64,000 nt of DNA from Alphaproteobacteria bacterium (GTDB taxonomy: Bacteria; Pseudomonadota; Alphaproteobacteria; Rhodobacterales; Rhodobacteraceae): assembly GCA_029289325.1 (NCBI GenBank), contig JARFTV010000002.1:114507-178506 (forward strand), written 5' to 3'. Shown here in pieces: positions 1 to 8,513 of the stretch; the first letter of the stretch is position 1, and each line of letters begins with the position of its first letter. The notes below the pieces were generated by a model. It was not told where the DNA came from, did no database searches, and saw nothing but the letters and a program-made list of their open reading frames with translations. Made by a program: the position numbers and the translations under genes.

Positions 1-56
1 AAATTTTCTTCGCGGATTTCGCGGGGTGCCTCCCACCCCCAGATCAGGTGTTCAGT

Positions 57-872
57 CTATTCGAAAACGGCGTTGAGCGCGGGCACGCGCGGAATTGCGG
101 CCGAGATCCGGCTGGCCGCCGCGCGCAGGTCGGCGAGGCGGCGGGCCACCATCTCGTCCGGCGTGACCATCCCGGAATAGCCCGAGGAGTTCAGCGCCGC
201 GACGACCCGGCCTTCGGCATTGCGGATCGGCACGGCCAGGGCGGTGATGCCGTAATCGAGCTGGTCCACCGTGGTCGCATAGCCCAGGTCGCGCGCCTTC
301 CAGACCAGGCGGCGCAGCTCCTCCTTCGAGGTGACGGTGCGGGAGGTGAGCTCCACCGGCGTCATCGCCTCGAAGGCGCGGTCGAGCTGGTCGTCGGGCA
401 GGCCCGCAAGGAGCACTCGGCCAAGGCTGGTGGCATGGGCCGGGTAACGGGCCCCCAGCGTGGCGCTGGCGCGGCGGGCGCGCTGGGTGGAATGATGCGC
501 GATGTAGATCACATCCGTTCCGTCGAGCATCGCCACCGAGGCGGCGTCGCCATGCGCCTCGACGATCTGGCGCAGCTCGGGCAGCAGGAGTTCGTCGATC
601 TGCGCGGCGAAGTAGAAGCCCGAGCCCAGCGTCATCACCTTGGGCCGCAGATGGAAGCGCTTGCCCTGTTGCCCGACATAGCCCAGCGCCGAGAGCGTGA
701 TCAGCGACCGGCGCGCGGCGGCCGGGGTGAGCCCGACGCGGCGCGCGATCTCGGACAGGGTCATGTCCGGGTGGCCCGCGTCGAAGCACTCCAGGACCGC
801 GATGCCCTTGGCCAGCGCCTCGACGAATTCTGCCGGTCTGTCAGGGGCTTCCATCGCGTCCTTCACCTTCAA
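57..872 (-). CDS. IclR-family transcriptional regulator
   Basis: 271-aa ORF. N-terminal winged HTH (MTLSEIARRVGLTPAAARRSLITL) followed by an IclR-type effector domain. Its ATG overlaps the stop of the upstream dioxygenase gene (ATGA at 869-872). Confidence 0.85.
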   Translation of the reverse strand: MKVKDAMEAPDRPAEFVEALAKGIAVLECFDAGHPDMTLSEIARRVGLTPAAARRSLITLSALGYVGQQGKRFHLRPKVMTLGSGFYFAAQIDELLLPELRQIVEAHGDAASVAMLDGTDVIYIAHHSTQRARRASATLGARYPAHATSLGRVLLAGLPDDQLDRAFEAMTPVELTSRTVTSKEELRRLVWKARDLGYATTVDQLDYGITALAVPIRNAEGRVVAALNSSGYSGMVTPDEMVARRLADLRAAASRISAAIPRVPALNAVFE

Positions 873-1729
873 CCTTCCGGGGCCAAGACGAAATCGAACG
901 AGCAGCGCGCGTTCGGCACCTTGTCCGTGGGCGGCAGACTATCCGTCTTCTTCACGGGTTCAAGTTTCGTGATCAGCGAGCGGCGGACGCCGAAGACCGC
1001 GTCATTGTCGAGATAGTCGGTGTTGTCGAAGAAAAGCTCGGTCGTGATCGGCCGGTAGCCCGGCGCGCGGACGATGTAATGCAGGTGCGAGGCGCGCCAG
1101 GCGTGGCGGTTGCCCGCCCGCAGGAGGCGGCCGACCGGGCCGTCATAGGGCACGGTATAGGGCTTCGGCAGGACGGTGGTGTACCAGTACTTGCCGTCCT
1201 CGCCCGTGGTGAAGATGCCGCGCAGGTCGTATTTGTCCTGGCCCGAGGCTTGCTCCTGGATCGGATAGGTCCCGGCGCTGTCGGTCTGCCAGGTGTCGAT
1301 CACCGCGCCCGCGATCGGGTTGCCGAGCGAATCGCGGACCTGTCCCTGCACCAGAAGGACCGCCCCGTCCCTTCCGCCGCCGAGGTCCCCGCCAAGCGCG
1401 AAGCGCGGCGCGTCGTCGAGGTAGAACGGCCCGAGGTTCGACCCTTCGGTCTGCCCGCCACGGGTGTTGATCATGTCGACCAGCGCCGAGAAGCCCAGCA
1501 CGTCGGACAACAGGATGAATTCGTGCCGCTCGGGGGTGGAGATCTTCCCGCAATCATAGAGGAACATCAGGATGCCCATCCATTCCTCATGCGTCAGGTT
1601 CACCTCGCGGGTGTAGTCGTGCAGGTGGTCGATGAAGGTTTCGAGGAGGAACTTCAGCCGGCTCCCCTCTTCGGTCTTGAACGACTGCTTCACGGCTTCG
1701 GTGATCGTGAACTGGTTGATGTCGCGCAT
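869..1729 (-). CDS. Intradiol ring-cleavage dioxygenase (hydroxyquinol/catechol 1,2-dioxygenase family)
   Basis: ORF 869-1813. Has an N-terminal helical domain and an intradiol core, including RASHLHY, which resembles the RPAHIH iron-ligand motif. The ATG at 1729 (MRDINQF, AAGGA 4 nt upstream) gives about 286 aa, typical for the family. The TTG at 1813 and ATG at 1783 would lie inside the predicted divergent promoter. Confidence 0.8.
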   Translation of the reverse strand: MRDINQFTITEAVKQSFKTEEGSRLKFLLETFIDHLHDYTREVNLTHEEWMGILMFLYDCGKISTPERHEFILLSDVLGFSALVDMINTRGGQTEGSNLGPFYLDDAPRFALGGDLGGGRDGAVLLVQGQVRDSLGNPIAGAVIDTWQTDSAGTYPIQEQASGQDKYDLRGIFTTGEDGKYWYTTVLPKPYTVPYDGPVGRLLRAGNRHAWRASHLHYIVRAPGYRPITTELFFDNTDYLDNDAVFGVRRSLITKLEPVKKTDSLPPTDKVPNARCSFDFVLAPEG

Positions 1730-1758
1730 CTGGTCCTTGTCCCCCCGATGATTTGCGG

Positions 1759-1787
1759 TTGACGGAAGGGTAGTGCGCCCCATAATC
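1759..1787 (+). promoter_or_regulatory. Putative sigma70-type promoter of the 1831-7265 operon
   Basis: TTGACG (1759-1764), 16-nt spacer, CATAAT (1781-1786). Lies about 45 nt upstream of the ATG at 1831. Confidence 0.45.
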
Positions 1788-1797
1788 TTCGGCAAGG

Positions 1798-1820
1798 GAA
1801 ATTTCTTTCGCAATGCGAAA
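1798..1820. promoter_or_regulatory. Candidate operator: adjacent palindromes GAAATTTC and TTTCGCA-A-TGCGAAA
   Basis: Perfect 8-bp palindrome at 1798-1805, followed directly by a perfect 7+1+7 palindrome at 1806-1820. Sits between the predicted -10 and the RBS/ATG at 1831. A divergent IclR regulator gene is adjacent. Confidence 0.45.
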
Positions 1821-1830
1821 AAGGTGAGAC

Positions 1831-2607
1831 ATGCGGATCGGCAAGCAGGATCAGGCGTTCACGGCGATCGCCACGTCGGATGAACATTCGATCACGGTGA
1901 GGGGCCATGACCTGGTGGGGGAGCTGATCGGGCAGATCGATTTCACCGATTACTTCTGGCTTCTGGTCTGCGGCGTGCGGCCGACGCAGGCCCAGATGGC
2001 CGCGATGAACGCCTGTCTGGTGGCGATTGCCGAGCACGGGCTGGTGCCCTCGGTCCAGGCGGCGCGGATGACGCTGGCGGCCGGGCCGGAGGCCTGGCAG
2101 GGCGCGATCGCGGCGGGCCTGCTAGGGATGGGGACGGTCGTCGCGGGCTCCTCCGAGGTTGCGGGGCGGTTCCTGGCCGAGGTCGTGGCCGCGGGCGGCG
2201 ACGAGGCGGCGGCCATCGCGGCGCTGGAGGGGTTGAAGGCGAAGAAGCAGAAGGTTCCGGGCCTGGGCCATCCGCAACATTCCTCGGGCGATCCGCGGGC
2301 CGACAAACTTCTGGAGATCGCCGACCAGCTTGGCATCAGCGGCGCGCATATCGCGGCGCTGCGCCATCTGGGCAAGCACGCGCCCGGCATCATGAACCGC
2401 CCGCTGCCGATCAATGTCAGCGGCGCGATCCCGGCAGTGATCCTTGACGCCGGCTGGCCCCTTGCCGCGCTGAAGGCGGTGCCGCTGCTGGCGCGCACCG
2501 CCGGCCTTGCCGCGCATCTGTACGAGGAATCGCAGCGCCCGATCGGATTCATCCTGTCGCACCACGCCGACCTTGCGATCAAATATGACGGAGAACCCGC
2601 GAAATGA
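1831..2607 (+). CDS. Citryl-CoA lyase-like protein (short citrate-synthase-fold family)
   Basis: 258 aa. Contains GLGHPQH and a C-terminal LARTAGLAAHLYEE motif, as in the small-domain part of citrate synthase. Stop overlaps the next start (ATGA at 2604-2607). Confidence 0.75.
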   Translation: MRIGKQDQAFTAIATSDEHSITVRGHDLVGELIGQIDFTDYFWLLVCGVRPTQAQMAAMNACLVAIAEHGLVPSVQAARMTLAAGPEAWQGAIAAGLLGMGTVVAGSSEVAGRFLAEVVAAGGDEAAAIAALEGLKAKKQKVPGLGHPQHSSGDPRADKLLEIADQLGISGAHIAALRHLGKHAPGIMNRPLPINVSGAIPAVILDAGWPLAALKAVPLLARTAGLAAHLYEESQRPIGFILSHHADLAIKYDGEPAK

Positions 2608-3746
2608 GGCCGCTGAAATCCCTCCGCGTCGTGGAGATGGGAACCTATATCACCGGCCCCGCCTCCGCGATGCATCTGGCCGACCTTGGCGCCGATGTGA
2701 TCAAGGTCGAACGCCCCGGTGAAGGCGACCCGTTCCGGGCCTTCAAGGGCGGGCTCTACAGCCCCCATTTCCAGACCTACAACCGCAACAAGCGCAGCAT
2801 CGCGCTGGATACGCGGAAGCCCGAGGATCTGGCCACCTTCCGCGATCTGATCGCCAGCGCGGATGTGTTCATCCAGAACTTCCGTCCCGGCGTGGCCGAG
2901 AAGATGGGCGCGGGCTGGGACGACCTGCGCGCGCTGAACCCGCGCCTGATCTATTGCGCGATTTCGGGCTTTGGCACCTCGGGCCCCGCGCGGGACCGGC
3001 CGACCTATGACACGGTGGCGCAAGCGGCCAGTGGCTTCCTGCGGCTGGTGACGCCACCGACCAATCCCCGCGTGATCGGCCCGGCGCTGGCTGATGCCGT
3101 CACCGGCCATTATGCCGCGACCGGGATTCTGGCCGCCCTTCTGGAGCGCGGGCAGACCGGCACCGGCCAGCGGCTTGACATCTCCATGCTGGAGGCGATG
3201 TGCCACTTCAACCTTGACAGCTTCACCCATTACTACAGCGCGGATGAGGTGATGGGGCCGCTGTCTCGCCCCGTCGTCAGCCAGTCCTACACCTTTGAAT
3301 GTGCCGACGGGAAATGGGTCGCGATCCACATGTCCAGCCCCCCGAAGTTCTGGGAGGGTTTCCTTGCCGCGACCGGGCAGCAGCATCTGGCCAGTGACCC
3401 CCGCTTTGCCGAACGGCTGGAGCGGATCAAGCATCAGGACGACCTGATCGAGATCATGACCCCGGTGTTCCGCACCCGGCCCCGCGACGAATGGTGCGCG
3501 GCGCTGGAGGCGGCCGAGGTCCCCTATTCGCCCGCCTATGACGCGGACGAGGCGCTGGAGGACCCGCAGGCGCAGCACCTTGGCATCAAGGTCACGGCCG
3601 AGGGCGGGCCGATGGGCGCCTTCACCACCGTGCGCCCGCCCTACAGTTTTGACGGCGCAGCCGACCGCGCCGTCCTGCCGCCCCCCACGCTTGACCAGCA
3701 CGGGGCGGAAATCCGGGAAGAGTTGAAACACCGCAAGGCCGGCTGA
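2604..3746 (+). CDS. Family III CoA-transferase (CaiB/BaiF type)
   Basis: 380 aa. N-terminus LRVVEMGTYITGPASAMHLADLGADVIKVERPGEGDP is the typical CoA_transf_3 signature. Confidence 0.85.
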   Translation: MRPLKSLRVVEMGTYITGPASAMHLADLGADVIKVERPGEGDPFRAFKGGLYSPHFQTYNRNKRSIALDTRKPEDLATFRDLIASADVFIQNFRPGVAEKMGAGWDDLRALNPRLIYCAISGFGTSGPARDRPTYDTVAQAASGFLRLVTPPTNPRVIGPALADAVTGHYAATGILAALLERGQTGTGQRLDISMLEAMCHFNLDSFTHYYSADEVMGPLSRPVVSQSYTFECADGKWVAIHMSSPPKFWEGFLAATGQQHLASDPRFAERLERIKHQDDLIEIMTPVFRTRPRDEWCAALEAAEVPYSPAYDADEALEDPQAQHLGIKVTAEGGPMGAFTTVRPPYSFDGAADRAVLPPPTLDQHGAEIREELKHRKAG

Positions 3747-3775
3747 TCCGGCATCCTTTGGGAGGAGGAAGACCA

Positions 3776-4849
3776 ATGAACATGAAGGCAATCCTGATGG
3801 CCACCGCCATCGCCCTGCCCCTGCCCGCCCTGGCGCAGGAGACGATCGACCTGACCATCGCCTCCAGCCACCCGACGGCGATCCCGTGGGTCGGCATGAT
3901 GCAGACCCATTTCATGGCCGAGACCGACCGCCTGCTGGCCGAGACCGGGAACTACAAGATCAGCTGGAACGAGGCGTTCGGCGGCGCGCTCTACAAGGCC
4001 AACGCCACGCTTTCGTCGGTCGAGGAAGGGGTAACGGATATCGGCTGGGTCTTCTCGCTGCTGGAAGGCGCGGAACTGCCGCTGAGCCAGGTCTCCAGCT
4101 ATGCGCCCTTCGCCACCAACAACCCGCCGGTCCAGCTTGCCGTGATGCAGGAGCTGATCGACACGGTGCCCGAGCTGAAGGCGGAATGGGAGGGTCACAA
4201 TCTGGTCGTCCTGGGCCTGACCGGGACCGACAGCTATGACCTTTACGCCAAGAAGCCGATCGCCAGCCTTGCCGACCTGAACGGGATGAAGATCTCCGCG
4301 CCGGGGGTGTTGGGCACCTGGCTGTCGGGCACCGGGGCGAACCCGGTCGATGGTTCCCTGACCACCTATTACACCGACATCCAGACCGGCGTGTCGGATG
4401 GTGTCTTGTCGCTGGCGCTGGGGGTGTTCCCGGCCAAGATCTACGAAGTCGCGCCCTATGTCACCAAGGTGCAGATGGGCACCGCCTTCTCCGGCGCCAT
4501 CGCGATCAACAAGGACAGCTGGGACGCCCTGCCCGAAGAAGTGCAGGAGGCGATGAAGAAGGCCGGGGCCTATTACACCGAGGCCCATGGCAAGGACCTG
4601 CTGGAGCGTCCGGTCGCGGTGATGGAGAAGATCGTCGAGGCCGGGGCGGCGCAGAACCCGCCCGTCGCCGTCGCCGACCTGCCGCAGGACCAGCGCGAGG
4701 CCTGGGTGAACGTGCTGCCCGACCTTGCCGGGAACTGGGCCCGCGACCTGGAGGCCAGGGGCCTGCCGGGGGCCATGGTGATGAACGCCTATATGGCGGG
4801 CCTCAAGGCGCGCGGCGAAAACCCGATCCGCGACTGGAAGGCTGAATAA
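3776..4849 (+). CDS. TRAP transporter substrate-binding protein (DctP type)
   Basis: ORF from 3758. The ATG at 3776 is preceded by GGAGGAGGA. Has a signal peptide (MNMKAILMATAIALPLPALA) and is followed by the small and large TRAP permease genes. Confidence 0.85.
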   Translation: MNMKAILMATAIALPLPALAQETIDLTIASSHPTAIPWVGMMQTHFMAETDRLLAETGNYKISWNEAFGGALYKANATLSSVEEGVTDIGWVFSLLEGAELPLSQVSSYAPFATNNPPVQLAVMQELIDTVPELKAEWEGHNLVVLGLTGTDSYDLYAKKPIASLADLNGMKISAPGVLGTWLSGTGANPVDGSLTTYYTDIQTGVSDGVLSLALGVFPAKIYEVAPYVTKVQMGTAFSGAIAINKDSWDALPEEVQEAMKKAGAYYTEAHGKDLLERPVAVMEKIVEAGAAQNPPVAVADLPQDQREAWVNVLPDLAGNWARDLEARGLPGAMVMNAYMAGLKARGENPIRDWKAE

Positions 4850-4905
4850 GCCATGACCGGCCCCGTCTCGCAGGCCCCCGCGACGGGGCGCGGGCGGCCC
4901 GGCGC

Positions 4906-5412
4906 GTGCTGGCCTGGGCGGGGGACGGTCTGGCGGCCGTCTCCACCCTGCTGATCGCGGTCCTGATGCTGATCATCTGCGCCGATGCCGTGGCGCGGAA
5001 CACGATGGGGGCTTCGCTGCCCCTTGTCTCGGAACTGGGGGCATCACTTCTGGTCGCCATCGTCTATCTGGCGCTGGCGACCACGATCCGCGCCAACCGG
5101 CTGGCGCGGACCGACATGGTGCTGGGCAGCCTTGCCCGGTCGCGCCCCCGGCTCGCGGCGCTGCTCTCGGCCGTCTACGACCTGATCGGAGCCTTCCTCC
5201 TTGCGCTCGTCTGCTGGGCGGGGTTCCTGTCGCTGGCCAAGGAATACCGGGGCGACCTTTATATCGGGATCCAGGGTGTGCTGACCTTCCCGTCCTGGCC
5301 CTTCGGTCTGGCCTTCGTCCTGGGTCTTGGCGTCGCCGTCCTGCAATTCCTGCACCAGTCCTGGCTCGCGCTCACCGGCGGCAGGGCGCGCACCGGCGGG
5401 GGCCTTGAATGA
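4906..5412 (+). CDS. TRAP transporter small permease (DctQ type)
   Basis: 168 aa with four hydrophobic segments. GTG start; no other start codon in this frame after the upstream stop. Its stop overlaps the start of the large permease gene (ATGA at 5409-5412). Confidence 0.8.
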   Translation: MLAWAGDGLAAVSTLLIAVLMLIICADAVARNTMGASLPLVSELGASLLVAIVYLALATTIRANRLARTDMVLGSLARSRPRLAALLSAVYDLIGAFLLALVCWAGFLSLAKEYRGDLYIGIQGVLTFPSWPFGLAFVLGLGVAVLQFLHQSWLALTGGRARTGGGLE

Positions 5413-6719
5413 GCGGCGTTGAAATCGGCATCCTCGCCGTCGGGGTCCTTCTGCTTCTGATCGTGATCGGGATGCCCATCGGGGTCGCGATGCTTGCCGT
5501 TTCCTTCGGTGGCGTCAGCCTGATCCGCAACGAGGGCGTGGCCTTCCGCATGGCGGGCTCGGTCGCGCGGGACAGCTTGCAGGAATACCTCTTCGCCGTC
5601 GTCCCCCTGTTCGTCCTGATGGGGCTGCTTGTCACCGTGTCAGGAGTCGGCAAGGACACGTTCGACGTGTTCCAGTCGCTCCTCCGCCGGGTCCGGGCGG
5701 GGCTTGGCATGGCGACGGTCGGGGCCAATGCGGTCTTCGCCTCGATCACCGGCATCTCCATCGCCTCGGCCAGCGTGTTCAGCCGCGTCGCCGTGCCCGA
5801 GATGGTGCGCCACGGCTATCAGAAGGGCTTTGCCACCGGAGTCGTTGCGGGGTCCTCCGTCCTCGGGATGCTGATCCCGCCCTCGCTGTTGATGATCGTC
5901 TATGCCGTGCAGGCCGAGGAATCGGTGGGCCGGATGTTCCTGGCCGGCGTCGGGCCAGGGATCCTGCTGGCATTCCTCTTCGCGCTGACGATCTACCTTC
6001 TGGCCCGCTTCCGACCGCAGACAGTCTTTGACCGGGCCGAGGACCACAGCGGCCCAGCCCCCGGTCTGGGCGAGACGCTGGCCAAGGCCGTCCCCATCGT
6101 CGGCCTAATGGGGCTTGTGCTGGGCGGGCTTTACGGCGGTTTCCTGAACCCGACCGAGGCGGGCGCGGCCGGCGCTTTCGGCGCGCTGGTCATCGCCATC
6201 CTGCGGCGGTCGCTGGGCCAGGGGCGGCTCTGGCAGATCCTGGTCGAGACCGGGCAGATCACCGTCTCGGTCCTGTTCCTGGTCATGGCCGCCAGCTTCT
6301 TTTCCCGGATGCTTGCCATGTCCGGCCTGCCCGCCGCCCTGGGCGAGACGCTGCTGTCCGGCCCGATCGGACCCTGGGGCTTCCTGATCATATATCTGCT
6401 GGTCGTGATCCTGCTGGGTTGCATCATCGACTCGATCTCGATCATGCTGATCCTCCTGCCCATCGCGATCCCGGTCGCGCAGGCGGCGGGCTTCGACATG
6501 ATCTGGTTCGGCGTGATGACCGTCGTCGCGGTCGAGATCGGCCTCCTGACCCCGCCCTTCGGGCTGTCGGTCTTCACGATCAAATCGGCGATGAACGACC
6601 CGGCGCTGCCCGTGGGCACCATCTTCAAGGGCACCCTGCCCTTTGTCCTGGCCATGGTCGCGGCACTTGTCGTCCTGGCCGCCTTTCCCGAAATCGCCAC
6701 CTGGCTGGCGCGACTTTAA
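5409..6719 (+). CDS. TRAP transporter large permease (DctM type)
   Basis: 436-aa polytopic membrane protein with DctM-like sequence throughout. Confidence 0.9.
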   Translation: MSGVEIGILAVGVLLLLIVIGMPIGVAMLAVSFGGVSLIRNEGVAFRMAGSVARDSLQEYLFAVVPLFVLMGLLVTVSGVGKDTFDVFQSLLRRVRAGLGMATVGANAVFASITGISIASASVFSRVAVPEMVRHGYQKGFATGVVAGSSVLGMLIPPSLLMIVYAVQAEESVGRMFLAGVGPGILLAFLFALTIYLLARFRPQTVFDRAEDHSGPAPGLGETLAKAVPIVGLMGLVLGGLYGGFLNPTEAGAAGAFGALVIAILRRSLGQGRLWQILVETGQITVSVLFLVMAASFFSRMLAMSGLPAALGETLLSGPIGPWGFLIIYLLVVILLGCIIDSISIMLILLPIAIPVAQAAGFDMIWFGVMTVVAVEIGLLTPPFGLSVFTIKSAMNDPALPVGTIFKGTLPFVLAMVAALVVLAAFPEIATWLARL

Positions 6720-6728
6720 GGACCTCGC

Positions 6729-7265
6729 ATGACCCAACTGCTTTTCTTCCCCGGCTCGCTGCGCGCTGGCGCCTCTTCCACCGCGTTGCTTGACGCGATG
6801 ATCGCCCGACTGCCCGGAGGCACCACGGCCGAGACGGCCGACATCGCCGCCCTGCCCTTCTACAATGCCGACCACGACGGCGGGCCTGCGACGGCGAAAC
6901 TGCTGGCCCAGGTCAAGGCCGCCGATGGCGTCGTCTTCGTGACGCCCGAATACAACTATTCGGTCCCCGGCGTGTTGAAGAACGCGATCGACTGGGCCTC
7001 GCGGCCCGGCTACAACTCGGTCTTCAAGGGGAAACCCTGCCTGATGGTCACGACCTCGGGCGGGGCGCTTGGCGGCGTGCGTGCCCAGGGACACCTGCGC
7101 CAGATCCTTGCCGCCATGCTGGCCGAGCCCTTCCCCTGGCAGGAAATCGTCGTCCCCTTCGCGCCGAAGAAGCTGACCGACGGCGCTTTCACAGATGCCG
7201 AGACCCTGTCCTTCATCGACGCCGCGATGACGGCCTTCCTCGGCCGTTGCGGCGGGGCCGGCTGA
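6729..7265 (+). CDS. NAD(P)H-dependent FMN reductase / quinone reductase family protein
   Basis: 178 aa. Contains FPGSLRAGSS...VFVTPEYNYSVPGVLKNAIDW, the flavodoxin-like FMN_red signature. Confidence 0.8.
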   Translation: MTQLLFFPGSLRAGASSTALLDAMIARLPGGTTAETADIAALPFYNADHDGGPATAKLLAQVKAADGVVFVTPEYNYSVPGVLKNAIDWASRPGYNSVFKGKPCLMVTTSGGALGGVRAQGHLRQILAAMLAEPFPWQEIVVPFAPKKLTDGAFTDAETLSFIDAAMTAFLGRCGGAG

Positions 7266-7299
7266 CCGCCATAGTGCCCTCCGAACCAGGGGGGCGGCG

Positions 7300-8322
7300 A
7301 TGGCAAGCATCGAAAACATCGGACAGATCGACGGCACCGAGGTGCAGGCCCTGACGCTGGAGGCAGAGGGCCTGCGCCTCAAGCTCCTGACCTGGGGCGC
7401 GCGACTGGCCGAGCTTTGGGTGCCCGACGCCAAGGGCCAGCGCGCCGATATCGTGCTGGGCCATGACAGCCTCGCCGACTGGCAGACCCACGGCACCTAT
7501 GTCGGCGCGACCTGCGGCCGCTTTGCCAACCGCATCGCCGGGGGGCGCTTCATACTGGACGGTCGGGCGGTCCAGCTTGACCGGAACGAGGGCGCGAACA
7601 CGCTGCATGGCGGCACCACGGGCTTTGACCTGAAGCACTGGTCCGTGGCCAACCACTCCGACAGCCATGTCACCTTCGCCACCACCTCGCCCGACGGCGA
7701 CATGGGCTTTCCCGGAACCGTTCAGGCCCGCGTGACCTACCGGATCGACCGGGGCCTCGTGATCGAGATGGAGGCCACGACCGACGCGCCGACCATCGCG
7801 AACCTTGCCAACCACGCCTATTTCAACCTTGCAGGCCAAGGTTCGGGCAACGTCCTGGAGCAGGAGTTGCAGATCGAGGCCGGGTTCTACCTGCCCGTCG
7901 ATGCCGCGCTGATCCCGACCGGAGAGGTCCGCAGCGTCGCCGGCACCGCCTTCGACTTCCGCCAGCCCCGTCCCATCGGGCAGAACCTGCCGGACGACGG
8001 CGGGTTCGACCATAATTTCTGCCTGTCCGCGCCCACCGATGCGGCGGGCCTTCGCCCCTGCCTGACCGCAACCGACCCCGCCTCGGGCCGCCGGATGCGG
8101 CTTTTCACCACCGAACCGGGCGTGCAGATCTATACTGGCGCGCATTTCGCGGGCACGCCGGGCAAGGCGGGCGCGCGCTATCCCCGCTTTGCCGGCTTCG
8201 CGGCCGAGACACAGCTTTTCCCCGATTCGCCGAACCGGCCGCAGTTCCCGTCCGCCCGACTTGATCCCGGCCAGACCTACCGTCACGCGATGCGCTTCGA
8301 CTTCACGCCCGCCGGCACCTGA
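7300..8322 (+). CDS. galM: Aldose 1-epimerase (galactose mutarotase)
   Basis: 340 aa. Contains GATCGRFANRIAGG, NTLHGG and a C-terminal FAAETQ-type motif typical of mutarotases. Confidence 0.85.
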   Translation: MASIENIGQIDGTEVQALTLEAEGLRLKLLTWGARLAELWVPDAKGQRADIVLGHDSLADWQTHGTYVGATCGRFANRIAGGRFILDGRAVQLDRNEGANTLHGGTTGFDLKHWSVANHSDSHVTFATTSPDGDMGFPGTVQARVTYRIDRGLVIEMEATTDAPTIANLANHAYFNLAGQGSGNVLEQELQIEAGFYLPVDAALIPTGEVRSVAGTAFDFRQPRPIGQNLPDDGGFDHNFCLSAPTDAAGLRPCLTATDPASGRRMRLFTTEPGVQIYTGAHFAGTPGKAGARYPRFAGFAAETQLFPDSPNRPQFPSARLDPGQTYRHAMRFDFTPAGT

Positions 8323-8429
8323 TCCGCTGCGCTGCGGCAGTTCCAGAGTCCTGAAACGCCTGCAAGAACCCCGAACTGGGGCTGCCTGCGCTGCACTTGC
8401 AGCCTTGGGCTACACGGGGCCGTGAACAG

Positions 8430-8448
8430 ATTACTTGCATATAGTAAT
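8430..8448. promoter_or_regulatory. Inverted repeat ATTACT-N7-AGTAAT in an AT-rich patch upstream of the ABC transporter operon
   Basis: 6-bp perfect arms, located 66 nt upstream of the ytfQ-like ATG. This is the only AT-rich stretch in this intergenic region. Confidence 0.3.
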
Positions 8449-8513
8449 ACTTTTGCTAACGTCCCCTCAGCCGGTCGGAGGACAAGGGCCGGGCGTTCCA
8501 TCGGGAGGAAAAC

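Noticed and set aside
1950-3791. 613-aa minus-strand ORF (also 9516-11156, 546 aa, and 10979-12208, 409 aa)
   Set aside because: They are antisense to the CoA-transferase/lyase-like genes and to the ABC ATPase/permease genes respectively. They are shadow ORFs.
4853-4905. ATG at 4853 as the start of the TRAP small permease or of a separate micro-ORF
   Set aside because: It is in a different frame from the permease and is followed by an Arg/Gly-rich peptide. The permease frame has only the GTG at 4906 as a possible start.
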